Positions 13,318-23,078 of a stretch of DNA of 64,000 nucleotides are shown here, piece by piece. Each line of letters begins with the position of its first letter. Positions within the stretch are counted from its first letter, which is position 1. Origin of the DNA: Methanocellales archaeon. Its GTDB lineage: Archaea > Halobacteriota > UBA148. The DNA is taken from contig JAQUQR010000001.1 in assembly GCA_028715985.1 (NCBI GenBank), forward strand, positions 267,905 through 331,904, read 5' to 3'. Under the pieces are notes generated by a model. The model saw only the letters and a list, made by a program, of their open reading frames with translations, was not told the DNA's origin and did no database searches. Made by a program: the position numbers and the translations under genes.

Positions 13318-14319
13318 TTAGGGATGCAGGTTTATACTCCAGCCGCATTTAGGGCAACTGTTCTTTGTGAGATTTTTTATCACGTTGTATCCATGCCGTT
13401 CGATGAGGAGATTATCACAGTTCGGGCAGTATGTATTCTCATAGCGATGCCCATGCACATTTCCAAGGTACACGTACTGTATGCCGCACTCTTTGGCAAT
13501 TTGATGTGCCTCTTCCAAGGTTTTGATGGGCGTTGGGGATTTTTCTGTCATCAGATATTGCGGATAAAAACGGGAGAAATGGACTGGGGTATCTGCTCCG
13601 ATGTCTAGGACCCATTCTGAAAACTGCCTGATTTCATTGGGGTCGTCATTCCATCCAGGAATCACCAGGTATGTGATCTCCAGGTGAATCCCATACTGTT
13701 TCATGCGTTCACACGTTCTGAGGACTGGGCTTAATCTGGCGTTACAGGTTTGCTTATAATGCTCATCATCAAATGCCTTGACGTCCACATTGGCTGCATC
13801 CAGGTAAGGTGCTATCTTATGCAGTGCCTTCTCACTCATATAGCCGTTGGTAACATAGACCGTGTATAGCTCGGCTTGCTTGGCTAATTGAGCGGAATCA
13901 TAGGTGTACTCAAACCAGATGGTGGGCTCATTATAAGTCCACGCTATGCCGCCACAATTATATTGCCTCGCAAGCTCTACAGATCTCTCTGGCGTAATCT
14001 CCTGTGTTGACACTTCACCTACATCTGCAGTTGCAATCATGTAGTTCTGACAGTGCTTGCACCTAAAATTGCAGCCCACCGTTCCAAGCGAGAACGCGTT
14101 GGACCCCGGGTGAAAGTGAAATAATGGTTTTTTCTCGATGGGGTCGACGTTCTTTGAGGATACGCTGTTGTATATCAGCGTGTATAGCGCACCATTTTGA
14201 TTCTCTCTGACGCGGCATACCCCTCTTTCACCCTCTGAGATCGTGCACTGATGGGCGCACACTCGGCATTTTACTTTCCCCTCCTCCAGGGGCTCCCACA
14301 GCATAGCCTCTTTTCTCAT
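13318..14319 (-). CDS. amrS: AmmeMemoRadiSam system radical SAM enzyme
   Basis: DPIEKKPLFHF, CNFRCKHCQN, TYNEP. Confidence 0.9.
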   Translation of the reverse strand: MRKEAMLWEPLEEGKVKCRVCAHQCTISEGERGVCRVRENQNGALYTLIYNSVSSKNVDPIEKKPLFHFHPGSNAFSLGTVGCNFRCKHCQNYMIATADVGEVSTQEITPERSVELARQYNCGGIAWTYNEPTIWFEYTYDSAQLAKQAELYTVYVTNGYMSEKALHKIAPYLDAANVDVKAFDDEHYKQTCNARLSPVLRTCERMKQYGIHLEITYLVIPGWNDDPNEIRQFSEWVLDIGADTPVHFSRFYPQYLMTEKSPTPIKTLEEAHQIAKECGIQYVYLGNVHGHRYENTYCPNCDNLLIERHGYNVIKNLTKNSCPKCGWSINLHP

Positions 14320-14320
14320 C

Positions 14321-15268
14321 TCATACTCTGAAGTATTCATGTCCTTTTGCCTTTATCTTGGAGATAAAGCCGTTTCCTTTGATCAAAATGTCGCTAGAAG
14401 TCACCTCTCCGATGACGGTTAGGTTGCATGCCTTTTGTGCTTTTTCGATGCCCTCAGGCTCGACTGTGAAGAGGAGTTCAAAGTCACCGCCACCATATAA
14501 TGGCAACTCCAGATCTGGGAAAACGATTCTGGTTTTATCCAGGATCGGTATCTTATCTCCATAAATCCTGAAGCCTACCTTGCTTGATGCACTCAGGTCG
14601 TATAATGAGAGCGCCAGACCATCGCTGATATCCATCATGGATGTCACCACGCCGGATTTGGCAAGTGCAATGCCTTCACTAACCCTGGGTTGCGGCTCGA
14701 ACAACTTCTTGGTCAGCACCATCCTGACATCCTCCGGAAGATTCATGTTAATTGCCTGGAGACCCGCCTCTGCTGTCCCCAGCTCGCCAGTGACGCAGAC
14801 CAGATCGCCTATTTGGGCTCCGCTGCGCCTCAGTAACTCATCTTTTTTAACGCATCCTAACGCGGTGCCAACGACCGTTAGTTCGTTATGTTCATCGGTG
14901 TCCCCACCAACGAGGTTGGTGCTGAATTTTCTTGCGCAGAAATTCATCCCCTCAATCATTTCATCGACAAAAGAGACCTCTGTATCAGCTGGAAAGCCCA
15001 ATGCGGTGACGATAGCGAGCGGACGAGCGCCCATCGCAGCGATATCGCTTAGATTAACGGCCACGGACATCCAACCGATCTGCCAAGGTGCCATCTTATC
15101 TGGAAAATCCGTGCTTCGATGAAGCATGTCCGTAGTGAGTAGGAGATAGTCATCCCCCCAATCCAGGACAGCGCAGTCATCCTCTCCAGCACTAAGCACC
15201 ACATTATGCGGCAATGACTTTGAGATTCTAGCTACGAGGGCTCTTTCCCCCATATCCCGAATTTTCAT
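14321..15268 (-). CDS. thiL: thiamine-monophosphate kinase
   Basis: DDCA, NLSDIAAMGA, GGDT, DISDGL, GGDFEL. Confidence 0.93.
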   Translation of the reverse strand: MKIRDMGERALVARISKSLPHNVVLSAGEDDCAVLDWGDDYLLLTTDMLHRSTDFPDKMAPWQIGWMSVAVNLSDIAAMGARPLAIVTALGFPADTEVSFVDEMIEGMNFCARKFSTNLVGGDTDEHNELTVVGTALGCVKKDELLRRSGAQIGDLVCVTGELGTAEAGLQAINMNLPEDVRMVLTKKLFEPQPRVSEGIALAKSGVVTSMMDISDGLALSLYDLSASSKVGFRIYGDKIPILDKTRIVFPDLELPLYGGGDFELLFTVEPEGIEKAQKACNLTVIGEVTSSDILIKGNGFISKIKAKGHEYFRV

Positions 15269-15839
15269 GTTCACTCCTTGGATTAGATAATCGACGATAA
15301 AGACCTTATATATGTCGTTAGTGGGGGTAAAAGCTAAGAGGACAGCGAAGCTCTCATCTCCCTTCAAATAACTTAGCTTCAACCTATTCTCAGGCGAATC
15401 CTAATCTCCCCCTGAGGGTTCTTCAGTTTTGTCTTCTTGTCATATTATAAGGGTAGTGTTTAAAATTATCGGAATGTTGAATTCCCATTTTATTTATCTA
15501 TCTACTTCTACGCTTGAAATGGTCCTCCTCCACTTTCGTTTCCATATCGTTTTTATATTTTCTCTTCTGGGAGCACACCATTTAAACCGAGCAGACCGTA
15601 TATGCTTCACTTCATTGGGTCGTTTGGGCTAATTGGCCAAAAATGTCCTAAATTAACTTTCGTTCTGATTGGTCCCTTCTTGAATTTAAATTTCTGCGAT
15701 TCGCTCATGTAGTTTTCGCTCCAATATTCTGTTTTATTTATCAATTTAGGTATTAATGGGCAGAAATCGCTTAGGTTTGGTGCAAAAGTTATATAGTAGA
15801 ATAGTAAATTAAATCATATTCAGTTTAGGGAGGCAAAAC

Positions 15840-16151
15840 ATGGCAGAAAGAGTAAGAAATAATTTTGGTTTGATAGAGAATGGGGAAGAAGTTGGCACAT
15901 TCAGTGGACATCAACCACGAGATGCTGCTTTGAAGTGCGCATCAAGAGGGAAGACAAAGATAGTTCTCAGGGAGAAGGGTACTAAAAGGCTTCATCTGTT
16001 CACAGGCTCGAGAGAGAAGGTTACAGCCCCGGCCAGAAAACCAAGTTGGTTGCCCGGCATGGTATGGAAGCCCAATGTCAAGAAGGTCGGAGTAAGACAC
16101 CTGAAATACAACGAGCTATCAAGGAATTCACCGGATATCTTCAGGTTTTAA
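15840..16151 (+). CDS. non-histone chromosomal protein MC1
   Basis: FSGHQPRDAALK, LREKGTKRLHLF, PSWLP..VWKPNV. Confidence 0.9.
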   Translation: MAERVRNNFGLIENGEEVGTFSGHQPRDAALKCASRGKTKIVLREKGTKRLHLFTGSREKVTAPARKPSWLPGMVWKPNVKKVGVRHLKYNELSRNSPDIFRF

Positions 16152-16362
16152 GTTAGGTTATATAACCTCTCTTTTTTTTCTTTTTTTATTTTCTTTTATT
16201 TTATTTATTATTGCTCCACTTTGAGAGAAAAAAAATCACACCAGTAGGCTCTACAATTGATTCTACTGCTTCGTTTTCCGATGGGTTTGCAGTTTCCAGC
16301 TTAGCGAAAAACATACCTAAGCGTTTAAAAGAGACTTTAAAAGGTAAAAAAACTCTCAAGAT

Positions 16363-16788
16363 TCATCTTGATCTGACAACCCCCTTAGAGTCTTGATACT
16401 TTCCTTCATACGTTTCAGCAGGTGACTTCACCAGTAGGAAGAGCATCTGAACTATTCGCTCACCATGATCCAGCCTTATCTCTTCATCGCTCATGTTTGT
16501 TAGGCAAAGGGTCAAGTTGCCTCTAAATCCGGGATCTACGATGCCTCCGCCTAGTAGGAGACCTTTTCTGGCGTACGAAGACCTAGTGCGTAGGATCCCT
16601 GCAGCATCAGGTGGCATTTCAACCCTCTCAAGTGAAGATACTAATCTCATCGCTTTCGATGGTATGCATATGCCATCCTTAATCGTAAGATCATACGAAG
16701 CAGGTTGAAGCGATTGCTCTCTAAATGGCTCGATGATTAAGCTCCCTGTTTTTAGCCTATCCCTGATCTCTTTGGCTGATAATAACAT
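16363..16788 (-). CDS. dcd: dCTP deaminase/dUTPase family
   Basis: QPASYDL, RSSYARKG, VDPGFRG, YEGKYQ. Confidence 0.88.
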   Translation of the reverse strand: MLLSAKEIRDRLKTGSLIIEPFREQSLQPASYDLTIKDGICIPSKAMRLVSSLERVEMPPDAAGILRTRSSYARKGLLLGGGIVDPGFRGNLTLCLTNMSDEEIRLDHGERIVQMLFLLVKSPAETYEGKYQDSKGVVRSR

Positions 16789-16841
16789 AATAACTACCTT
16801 TGTTAGGAAAGATTTAATATCTTTTGAACGAGGTTTCCTAT

Positions 16842-16954
16842 GGACTTGTGGGGTAGTGGACTATCCTCTTGGGCTTCGGACACGAAGTTATCTACTCACT
16901 TTGAAAACTCAAGGAAGATACTCAAGGACCTGGGTTCAAATCCCAGCAGGTCCG
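16842..16954 (+). tRNA. tRNA-Arg(TCG) with 40-nt intron at 37/38 (16880-16919)
   Basis: acceptor GGACTTG/CAGGTCC, D-arm GGGTAGTGGACTATCC, anticodon stem TTGGG/CTCAA with CT-TCG-G, T-arm CTGGGTTCAAATCCCAG; CTTC/GAAG BHB-type helix. Confidence 0.9.
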
Positions 16955-17028
16955 ATCACGAAGGGGGAATTTCATCTGTTGACTTTCCTCATCGAACCGT
17001 TCAAATCCCAGCAGGTCCGATCACGAAG
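16934..17028 (+). repeat. 30-bp direct repeat of tRNA 3' end (att-like scar)
   Basis: GTTCAAATCCCAGCAGGTCCGATCACGAAG at 16934-16963 and 16999-17028. Confidence 0.9.
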
Positions 17029-17073
17029 CCCCTAATCTCGAATAATTATAATATCTAATACCGCCCTTTCTGT

Positions 17074-17979
17074 TTGATGGTCAAAAAGGTGCTAAAAAAC
17101 ACGAGTTTCATGTTCTTGTTTGCTACCGTACTTGCATTTGTCTATCCTAATGTGGCTATATACCTGGAAAAGTACATGGTCCCAGCTCTAATCTTTCTCA
17201 TGACATTTTCTCTGACAGAGGTTAGGCTGAGAGGACTGGACGTAAAAGCAGAGCTGAATTCCATCGCTGTGGCACTTATGCTGAACTATGTCTTTCTTTC
17301 TGGCATAATCCTGGTGCTGACGATCCTGCTGATCCGAGATGTATCCCTTTTCAGAGGATTTGTCGTTATGGCTGCAATCCCTCCTGCAATTGCGACCGTG
17401 CCATTGAGCACGCTTTTGAAGGGGGATACACGTCTTGCGCTGATGGCGAATGCATCGATCTATGTTTTATCCATCCTTTTGGTGCCGGTTATCCTCCTCC
17501 TTTCCATAGGAACGAGCACCGTTGAACCCCTTCAGATGATGGTGGTCTTAATGGAACTCATCATACTCCCGTTGATCATCTCAAGGGCCATCATCAGAAC
17601 TCCTTACTACGAACTACTGAAGAGGGACCAAAGCATACCAATCAATCTGGGATTTTTTATAGTTACCTACGTGGTCATCGGTCTCAATCGTGACATACTG
17701 TTGCATGAATCAAGCATGCTGTTACTCGTATCGATCATAGCTTTCATGAGGACGTTTTTCTCTGGCACGCTCGTGCATAAAATCTGCGGAATATTTAACG
17801 TACCATTTGAGAGAAAGGTCACATACACATTATTTAGCTCCTATAAAAATCTGGGTCTTGCTGCAACGATCGCTCTACTACTGTTTGGGGTTAGGGCAAC
17901 CATACCCTCGGCGGTTTGCATCTTATTCGAGGTATCCATGTTCACCTATTTCTCGGTTTTGTTCAGAGAAAACAGATAA
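17074..17979 (+). CDS. bile acid:sodium symporter family transporter
   Basis: multi-TM; AAIPPAIA, LKGD, YKNLGLA motifs. Confidence 0.8.
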   Translation: MMVKKVLKNTSFMFLFATVLAFVYPNVAIYLEKYMVPALIFLMTFSLTEVRLRGLDVKAELNSIAVALMLNYVFLSGIILVLTILLIRDVSLFRGFVVMAAIPPAIATVPLSTLLKGDTRLALMANASIYVLSILLVPVILLLSIGTSTVEPLQMMVVLMELIILPLIISRAIIRTPYYELLKRDQSIPINLGFFIVTYVVIGLNRDILLHESSMLLLVSIIAFMRTFFSGTLVHKICGIFNVPFERKVTYTLFSSYKNLGLAATIALLLFGVRATIPSAVCILFEVSMFTYFSVLFRENR

Positions 17980-18202
17980 TCCTCGCTTTTATTTATTTTA
18001 TCGAGGTCATCGCCTGTGTTATCATTGTGACATGCCACCAGTTCTGTCAAATAAAGGTAGAAAGGGAAGATATTTAAGGAGTTAATCGCCAATATTCAAT
18101 CGTCAATATCTCACAAAACATTTTTTTTGGAAAACATCAAAAATAAAAAAGAGAGGATATACCTCTCCCTATGTCTTGATTGGTGTTTTGTTGGGGTTTA
18201 CA

Positions 18203-18445
18203 TTAGCCTTCTTCTTCCCCAACTGGTTCTGACCCACTGTACAGGAAATCGGCAGATGTGTCATAGACTAACGGTTTTTCGTTTCTTAAGATGTCTACCA
18301 AACCGTGATAGTCAGCCTCGCTTACAGAGAAGTTACTGTACCCTCCTTCTTGGAAGAATACACGTATCCAACCATATCCTGCGTTGCTTATATCGTCTCC
18401 CTTTCGCCATCCAACTTGGTAGTTTGTTACATGCTTAATTGCCAT
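18203..18445 (-). CDS. conserved-looking hypothetical protein ending EPVGEEEG
   Basis: strong RBS GGAGGTGA; DILRNEKP...EPVGEE motif. Confidence 0.75.
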   Translation of the reverse strand: MAIKHVTNYQVGWRKGDDISNAGYGWIRVFFQEGGYSNFSVSEADYHGLVDILRNEKPLVYDTSADFLYSGSEPVGEEEG

Positions 18446-18454
18446 TTTATTCAC

Positions 18455-18611
18455 CTCCTTTTATTTGGGTATTTATCTTTTTGCAAGGCTTCACCTTGTA
18501 AAGCGCCTGTCACTCTTTATGGGGTTTCATTGTCACTAACAGGTGGTAAGGGTAGATAGATTTATAGATTTATATAGTTAATTATTTAAAATATTGCTCA
18601 ATTTAGGCAAT
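18455..18611 (-). promoter_or_regulatory. promoter + structured 5' leader, copy A, with operator ATTGCTCAATTTAGGCAAT
   Basis: similar to 19298-19470; TATA-like CTATATAAA on minus strand; palindrome at 18593-18611. Confidence 0.7.
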
Positions 18612-18778
18612 TTTTTTAAGCAATTTTAATAAAAAATATCAAAAAGAAGAAGGTGTTGGAATTTATCGCCAATATCTCACAAGACATTTTTTTTGGAAAA
18701 CATCAAAAATAAAAAATAGAGGATGGAAGGAATGCCCCACCCCCTGTCTCTTAATCGCTGTTTCAGTTGTTGCTATTT

Positions 18779-19297
18779 TCAGAACTTTATCTTCTTGCAA
18801 AACTCCTTTATGCCCTTAACGATTTTTAAGTGCTCCTTTTCCTCAACCTCTTCGGCATCTTTGAAATCATTGATTCTAAGGTCCACTTTTTTAAGGATCT
18901 CGGCAGGAGGTAGCTCAGCAGCTTTTGCAAGCACACCTATGGCCCCACCTATCTTATCATCGGGTATCTTAAGTCGTCGTGCATTATCAACCAATGGCTG
19001 GATAATGGATTTAACGCAGTGAGCAAATGTAGGAACTAAAAGATTCACACACATTTCCTCGCCGCAGCGAACAATCACCATGCATCTATCACTTTCGTAG
19101 TTTCCTTGGCCCACAATGCATCCGTGTGCTCGTACGATATAGCATCCTGGAGGAACTTTTAATTCTCTTGGCAGTTCTGCCCAAGGAGCAGATGCGATTA
19201 GTCTACCATGGCAATCAACAACTGTTACTGCTGCCTTGGTAACAAGCGCACAGTCCAAGGTCCTAACCCACACATTAAGTTTTCCATACCCCATCAT
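18779..19297 (-). CDS. Cys-rich hypothetical protein
   Basis: 172 aa; GKLNVWV, VPPGCYIV, VRCGEEMCVNL; helical C-terminus; RBS GGGGTGA. Confidence 0.75.
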   Translation of the reverse strand: MMGYGKLNVWVRTLDCALVTKAAVTVVDCHGRLIASAPWAELPRELKVPPGCYIVRAHGCIVGQGNYESDRCMVIVRCGEEMCVNLLVPTFAHCVKSIIQPLVDNARRLKIPDDKIGGAIGVLAKAAELPPAEILKKVDLRINDFKDAEEVEEKEHLKIVKGIKEFCKKIKF

Positions 19298-19527
19298 TCT
19301 TCACCCCATTTTTTATTCGTGTATTTGCCTTTTGGCAAGGCTCCACCTTGTATAGCGCCCCTCACTCGGCACTCTTTATGGAATTTCATTGTCACTAACG
19401 GGTGGTAGAGATAAATCGATTTATAGATTTATATAGTTAATTAATGATAGTATTGCTTAATTTAAGCAATTTTTATAAATATATTAAAAAATGGGAAGGA
19501 ATTGAAATATTGCTCAATCTAGGCAAT
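19298..19527 (-). promoter_or_regulatory. promoter + structured 5' leader, copy B, with two operators
   Basis: ATTGCTTAATTTAAGCAAT 19452-19470 and ATTGCTCAATCTAGGCAAT 19509-19527. Confidence 0.7.
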
Positions 19528-19697
19528 TAACAAAAATACTAAAAAGAAAAGAAAGCACCTTAGCAAGAAAAATTTAACATCCTAGATGAGGGATGCCACC
19601 ACCAGATTTTAGCTATCAGCCTGACCAAAAACCTTTTCATGGAAGTCCAAGTCTGTAGAGCTTTACATGGCGATTTCAACAGAACCTATCTAGTTTA

Positions 19698-19979
19698 TTA
19701 TCTTTCATAGATCGTTTGTCCTTCATACGTGATTCGAAAGATCCTATGGTACGGTATCATTACCGAAGGAGCCCTTCCTTCAGAATCAGGAGGAATATTA
19801 TTAAAGGTGAGGAAGGACTTTCCTATCTCCCCTATCTTATCTCCATGAAGGACCTTGGTATCCTTGGGTGCGCCCCTGTGAATATAGTAAATGTCGCATC
19901 TTGAGAGGTCTAGATCACGCCATTTTATTTCGTTCAATAATTCCCTCGGATGTTTTGATCTGAACATTTTAGGATGCAT
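19698..19979 (-). CDS. DUF504/UPF0248 (MJ1316-like) protein
   Basis: LNEIKW, YIHRGAP, IPYHRI. Confidence 0.85.
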   Translation of the reverse strand: MHPKMFRSKHPRELLNEIKWRDLDLSRCDIYYIHRGAPKDTKVLHGDKIGEIGKSFLTFNNIPPDSEGRAPSVMIPYHRIFRITYEGQTIYER

Positions 19980-20142
19980 TTTTTGGATATTACTGTCTAT
20001 TTATTCAGTATCTAATTAATATGCGTGATGCTGTGCTCCATCTCCTATATAGTGTTGCCAACACGTCTTTGGTGAAGAGGCTTAGAACCTAGTGAAAAGA
20101 TACGAATCGTGATAACGTGACTTTGTGTTGTATGGAGCGCCA

Positions 20143-21516
20143 TCATGCAAGCCTTTTTAATTGTGTGCCGATCTTTGCATCCAATATTGTCAGGAATTCC
20201 CCTTCAGCCCCCTTGGGAATAGTTGCCCCTGCTGCTATGTCATGCCCTCCCCCAACGCCCCCCACCTCTTTAGCAGACTCGTGGAGCGCAACTGCCAGAT
20301 TCAATCCTTGATGAACCAGGTCCTGTGTTCCTCGGGCTGATACTTTTATGCCCTCCTCAGAATCAGCAAATGCTATTATGGGCAGATTGCGGTTTATCCC
20401 CTCCATATTGCCACTCATGCCCGCAATAATCCCAATGATGGTCTCACGTATGTTATCTCCTGCATGGAAATATTGAAGATTTTGAAGTGCTAGGACCCTC
20501 TGCTCCTTGACCAGTTTCAACCCCTCTGTCAAGTTCTGTCTATGTTGGGCCAGTAAACTGCGCGCATGTGCATATGCCAGTCCCCGGTCCCCCATGCAAA
20601 CCGCAAGTCCGACATCTGCATTATCATAGCGTGCTGTGGCGTTCAATAACGTGGAATATTCTGATGCATCCCGCAGCTCTGTCCCCTCTGCCTCTTTTAG
20701 CAGCGTATATACCTCCCCTACTAGGTGCTGTACTTTGTATGCAGGTACACCTCTCTTCAAGCATAGCTGCATTATTTCTGAAACGATCAGTTTTTTTTCA
20801 TCTCTGCATAGATCGATCCACCTGCGCCAATCCTCATCTTTTAGGCTGATTCCTAGGTTGTGCAAGAATTTGATGCAATTATCCTTATCGCCGGTTATGC
20901 CTGGTATGTAGGGATACTCACAATACTCCAGCAGTTTGTAGATCGGTCTGGTCTGGCGTCCAAAAAGCCGAATATCAGTTTCAAAGGAAAGCACGCCGGC
21001 ATCGACGCCTTCGAGCATTATGCTGCGGTTCAGCCCCACCAATCTTCCGCCCCTCATGTCCTGCATGTCTCCAATAGCGCCTACGATCGCTAAGTCGGCA
21101 AGATCACTATTGGGCCCCATCTTTTGGGCGATCAAGTAAACAGCTCCAGCACCGCTCAGTTCATTGGTGCCGTTTATGCCAAATAAATGGGGGTTGAGGT
21201 GGTATTTGTGTTGTCCTTTTTTTGGCTGATGATGATCAGCGATTATGACCTCAGAATCCAGTTTAATAGTCTCATCCGCCATACTGGACCCAAGATCGGT
21301 AAAGATTATCAACTCTGCACCAAGATCCGCAATTTCACTCAGTGTCGGCAAATCCAGCTTCTTCAAAAATCTGACCCCATGTTCCATTCCACATCTGTCC
21401 AGGGCTTTGCACATAACCGCTGCAGCTGTCAAGCCATCGGCATCTATGTGTGAAATCACGAGTGCAGTAGTGTGCCTTTTGATCGCTTCAGCGCATTCTG
21501 CTGCCTTTTGCATCAT
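20143..21516 (-). CDS. RecJ-like DHH phosphoesterase
   Basis: HIDADG, DLGS, DHH, GGGHDIAAG. Confidence 0.92.
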   Translation of the reverse strand: MMQKAAECAEAIKRHTTALVISHIDADGLTAAAVMCKALDRCGMEHGVRFLKKLDLPTLSEIADLGAELIIFTDLGSSMADETIKLDSEVIIADHHQPKKGQHKYHLNPHLFGINGTNELSGAGAVYLIAQKMGPNSDLADLAIVGAIGDMQDMRGGRLVGLNRSIMLEGVDAGVLSFETDIRLFGRQTRPIYKLLEYCEYPYIPGITGDKDNCIKFLHNLGISLKDEDWRRWIDLCRDEKKLIVSEIMQLCLKRGVPAYKVQHLVGEVYTLLKEAEGTELRDASEYSTLLNATARYDNADVGLAVCMGDRGLAYAHARSLLAQHRQNLTEGLKLVKEQRVLALQNLQYFHAGDNIRETIIGIIAGMSGNMEGINRNLPIIAFADSEEGIKVSARGTQDLVHQGLNLAVALHESAKEVGGVGGGHDIAAGATIPKGAEGEFLTILDAKIGTQLKRLA

Positions 21517-21597
21517 CCTTGATAATTTGGTTCTGATTGCACAATAAAATTTTGCTACAACGAAACATCTTTTATATCGTTGGTATAAGTGATACAC

Positions 21598-22599
21598 ATG
21601 AAAATCGGGATCATCGGAGGGGCAGGTTATACCGGCGGGGAATTGCTTCGCCTGCTGGCAAATCACCCCGATGCTGAAATAGTGGCAGTGACATCACGAC
21701 GCTTCCAAGGCAAGCCCGTTTCTGTGGTGCATCCACATCTTTCGGAAGTATTGGATATATCCTTTGGGGACCTTTCCACAAGTGAAGTTGCGAGAAGCTC
21801 TGATCTGGTTTTCACGGCAGTACCGCACAAGGCTGCAATGGGCTACATCCCTGACTTGCTGGCGCAGAACGTCAAAGTTGTCGATCTAAGTGCCGATTAC
21901 CGATTGGCCCCCGAGGTCTATGAGTCCACATACATGACAACTCACACCGATCGTGATAGAAGGGCAACATATGGCTTGCCAGAGCTTCACAGAGCAGAGA
22001 TCAAAACATCAAACTTAGTGGCAAACCCAGGCTGCTTTTCTACCGGGGCAATATTGGCAGCTGCCCCCTTGGTGGCCAAAGCAGAAAGAATCGTGTTCGA
22101 TTCAAAGACAGGCATCTCTGGTGCTGGTATGGAGCCTTCAGAGATCACACATTATCCGAATATAGCAGAGAATGTGGTGCCCTATCGCATAACCACGCAT
22201 CGACATCTGCCGGAAATCAGGCAAGAACTGAGGCTATTAGGTAAATGCAAAATCAGTTTTACACCGCACATCATTCCTTCTGTGCGGGGAATTTTGACGA
22301 CAGCCCACATATTTGTGAGAGAGACGCTTACAAGCGAGTACATATCTGGTCTCTATGAAGAGATGTATGCTAGCGAGCCATTCATAAGGATTCTAAAGAC
22401 AATGCCCTCGCTGAGCGCAGTTCGAGGCTCCAATTTCTGTGATATCGGTTGCTTTGAGGTGGAGGGGGACAGAGTCGTGGTGATCTCTGCCATAGACAAT
22501 CTGACAAAGGGTGCATCAGGTCAAGCCGTTCAGAATATGAATCTGATGTTTGGCCTCGATGAAAAAAGTGGGCTATGGGTGCCGGGGATGGCGCCATGA
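21598..22599 (+). CDS. argC: N-acetyl-gamma-glutamyl-phosphate reductase
   Basis: GGAGYTG, ANPGC, DNLTKGASGQAVQN. Confidence 0.96.
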   Translation: MKIGIIGGAGYTGGELLRLLANHPDAEIVAVTSRRFQGKPVSVVHPHLSEVLDISFGDLSTSEVARSSDLVFTAVPHKAAMGYIPDLLAQNVKVVDLSADYRLAPEVYESTYMTTHTDRDRRATYGLPELHRAEIKTSNLVANPGCFSTGAILAAAPLVAKAERIVFDSKTGISGAGMEPSEITHYPNIAENVVPYRITTHRHLPEIRQELRLLGKCKISFTPHIIPSVRGILTTAHIFVRETLTSEYISGLYEEMYASEPFIRILKTMPSLSAVRGSNFCDIGCFEVEGDRVVVISAIDNLTKGASGQAVQNMNLMFGLDEKSGLWVPGMAP

Positions 22600-23078
22600 A
22601 CTCTCTGCAAGTTAAGGATATCATGGAGAGAAAGGTAGTGGCGTGCATCGTCACTGACCCTGTCAGTCTCGTCGCAAAAAAGTTGAGGAAGAATGGCATA
22701 AGCGGCATGCCTGTAATGGATGGCGACAGATTGGTGGGCATAATTACCGAAAGCGATGTTCTTCGCCTTCTGCGCGCTCCCGAATATTCCAGAGAACTCT
22801 GGCTGCCCAGCCCGTTAGAGTTCATCGAGGTGCCGATACGTGAATTGGTGGGCTGGGTTGAGATGAAAAAAGCGCTAGAGGACATTGGTAACATGCCTGT
22901 GAGGGATATCATGACCAAGCAGGTGTACACGATTCCACCCAGCGATAGTATTGAAAGAGCAGCAGAGATGATGACCAAGCACGATGTCAACAGACTTCCA
23001 GTAATCGAGGATGGCAAATTGGTTGGGATCGTCACAAGAGGCGACATCATAGCTGGGCTTGGGAGGGTAAAAAAATGA
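22596..23078 (+). CDS. CBS-domain pair protein
   Basis: VGIITESD / VGIVTRGDI repeats. Confidence 0.9.
   Translation: MNSLQVKDIMERKVVACIVTDPVSLVAKKLRKNGISGMPVMDGDRLVGIITESDVLRLLRAPEYSRELWLPSPLEFIEVPIRELVGWVEMKKALEDIGNMPVRDIMTKQVYTIPPSDSIERAAEMMTKHDVNRLPVIEDGKLVGIVTRGDIIAGLGRVKK

Larger units (their letters stand above)
18099..18724 (-). repeat. ~60-bp duplicated terminator region (18099-18158 and 18665-18724)
   Basis: near-identical CAATATCTCACAA.ACATTTTTTTTGGAAAACATCAAAAATAAAAAA.AGAGGAT; T-rich on minus strand, downstream of both genes. Confidence 0.85.

Noticed and set aside
15429-15632. ORF or ncRNA between thiL and MC1
   Set aside because: No convincing coding signal or structure found.
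16842-16954. tRNA-Glu(TTC) reading
   Set aside because: It would need G32/C33. The CT-TCG register gives canonical U33 and an Arg-type D-arm.
16934-17028. CRISPR mini-array (30-bp repeat, 35-bp spacer)
   Set aside because: The repeat is the tRNA 3' end, there are only two copies, and no cas genes are present.
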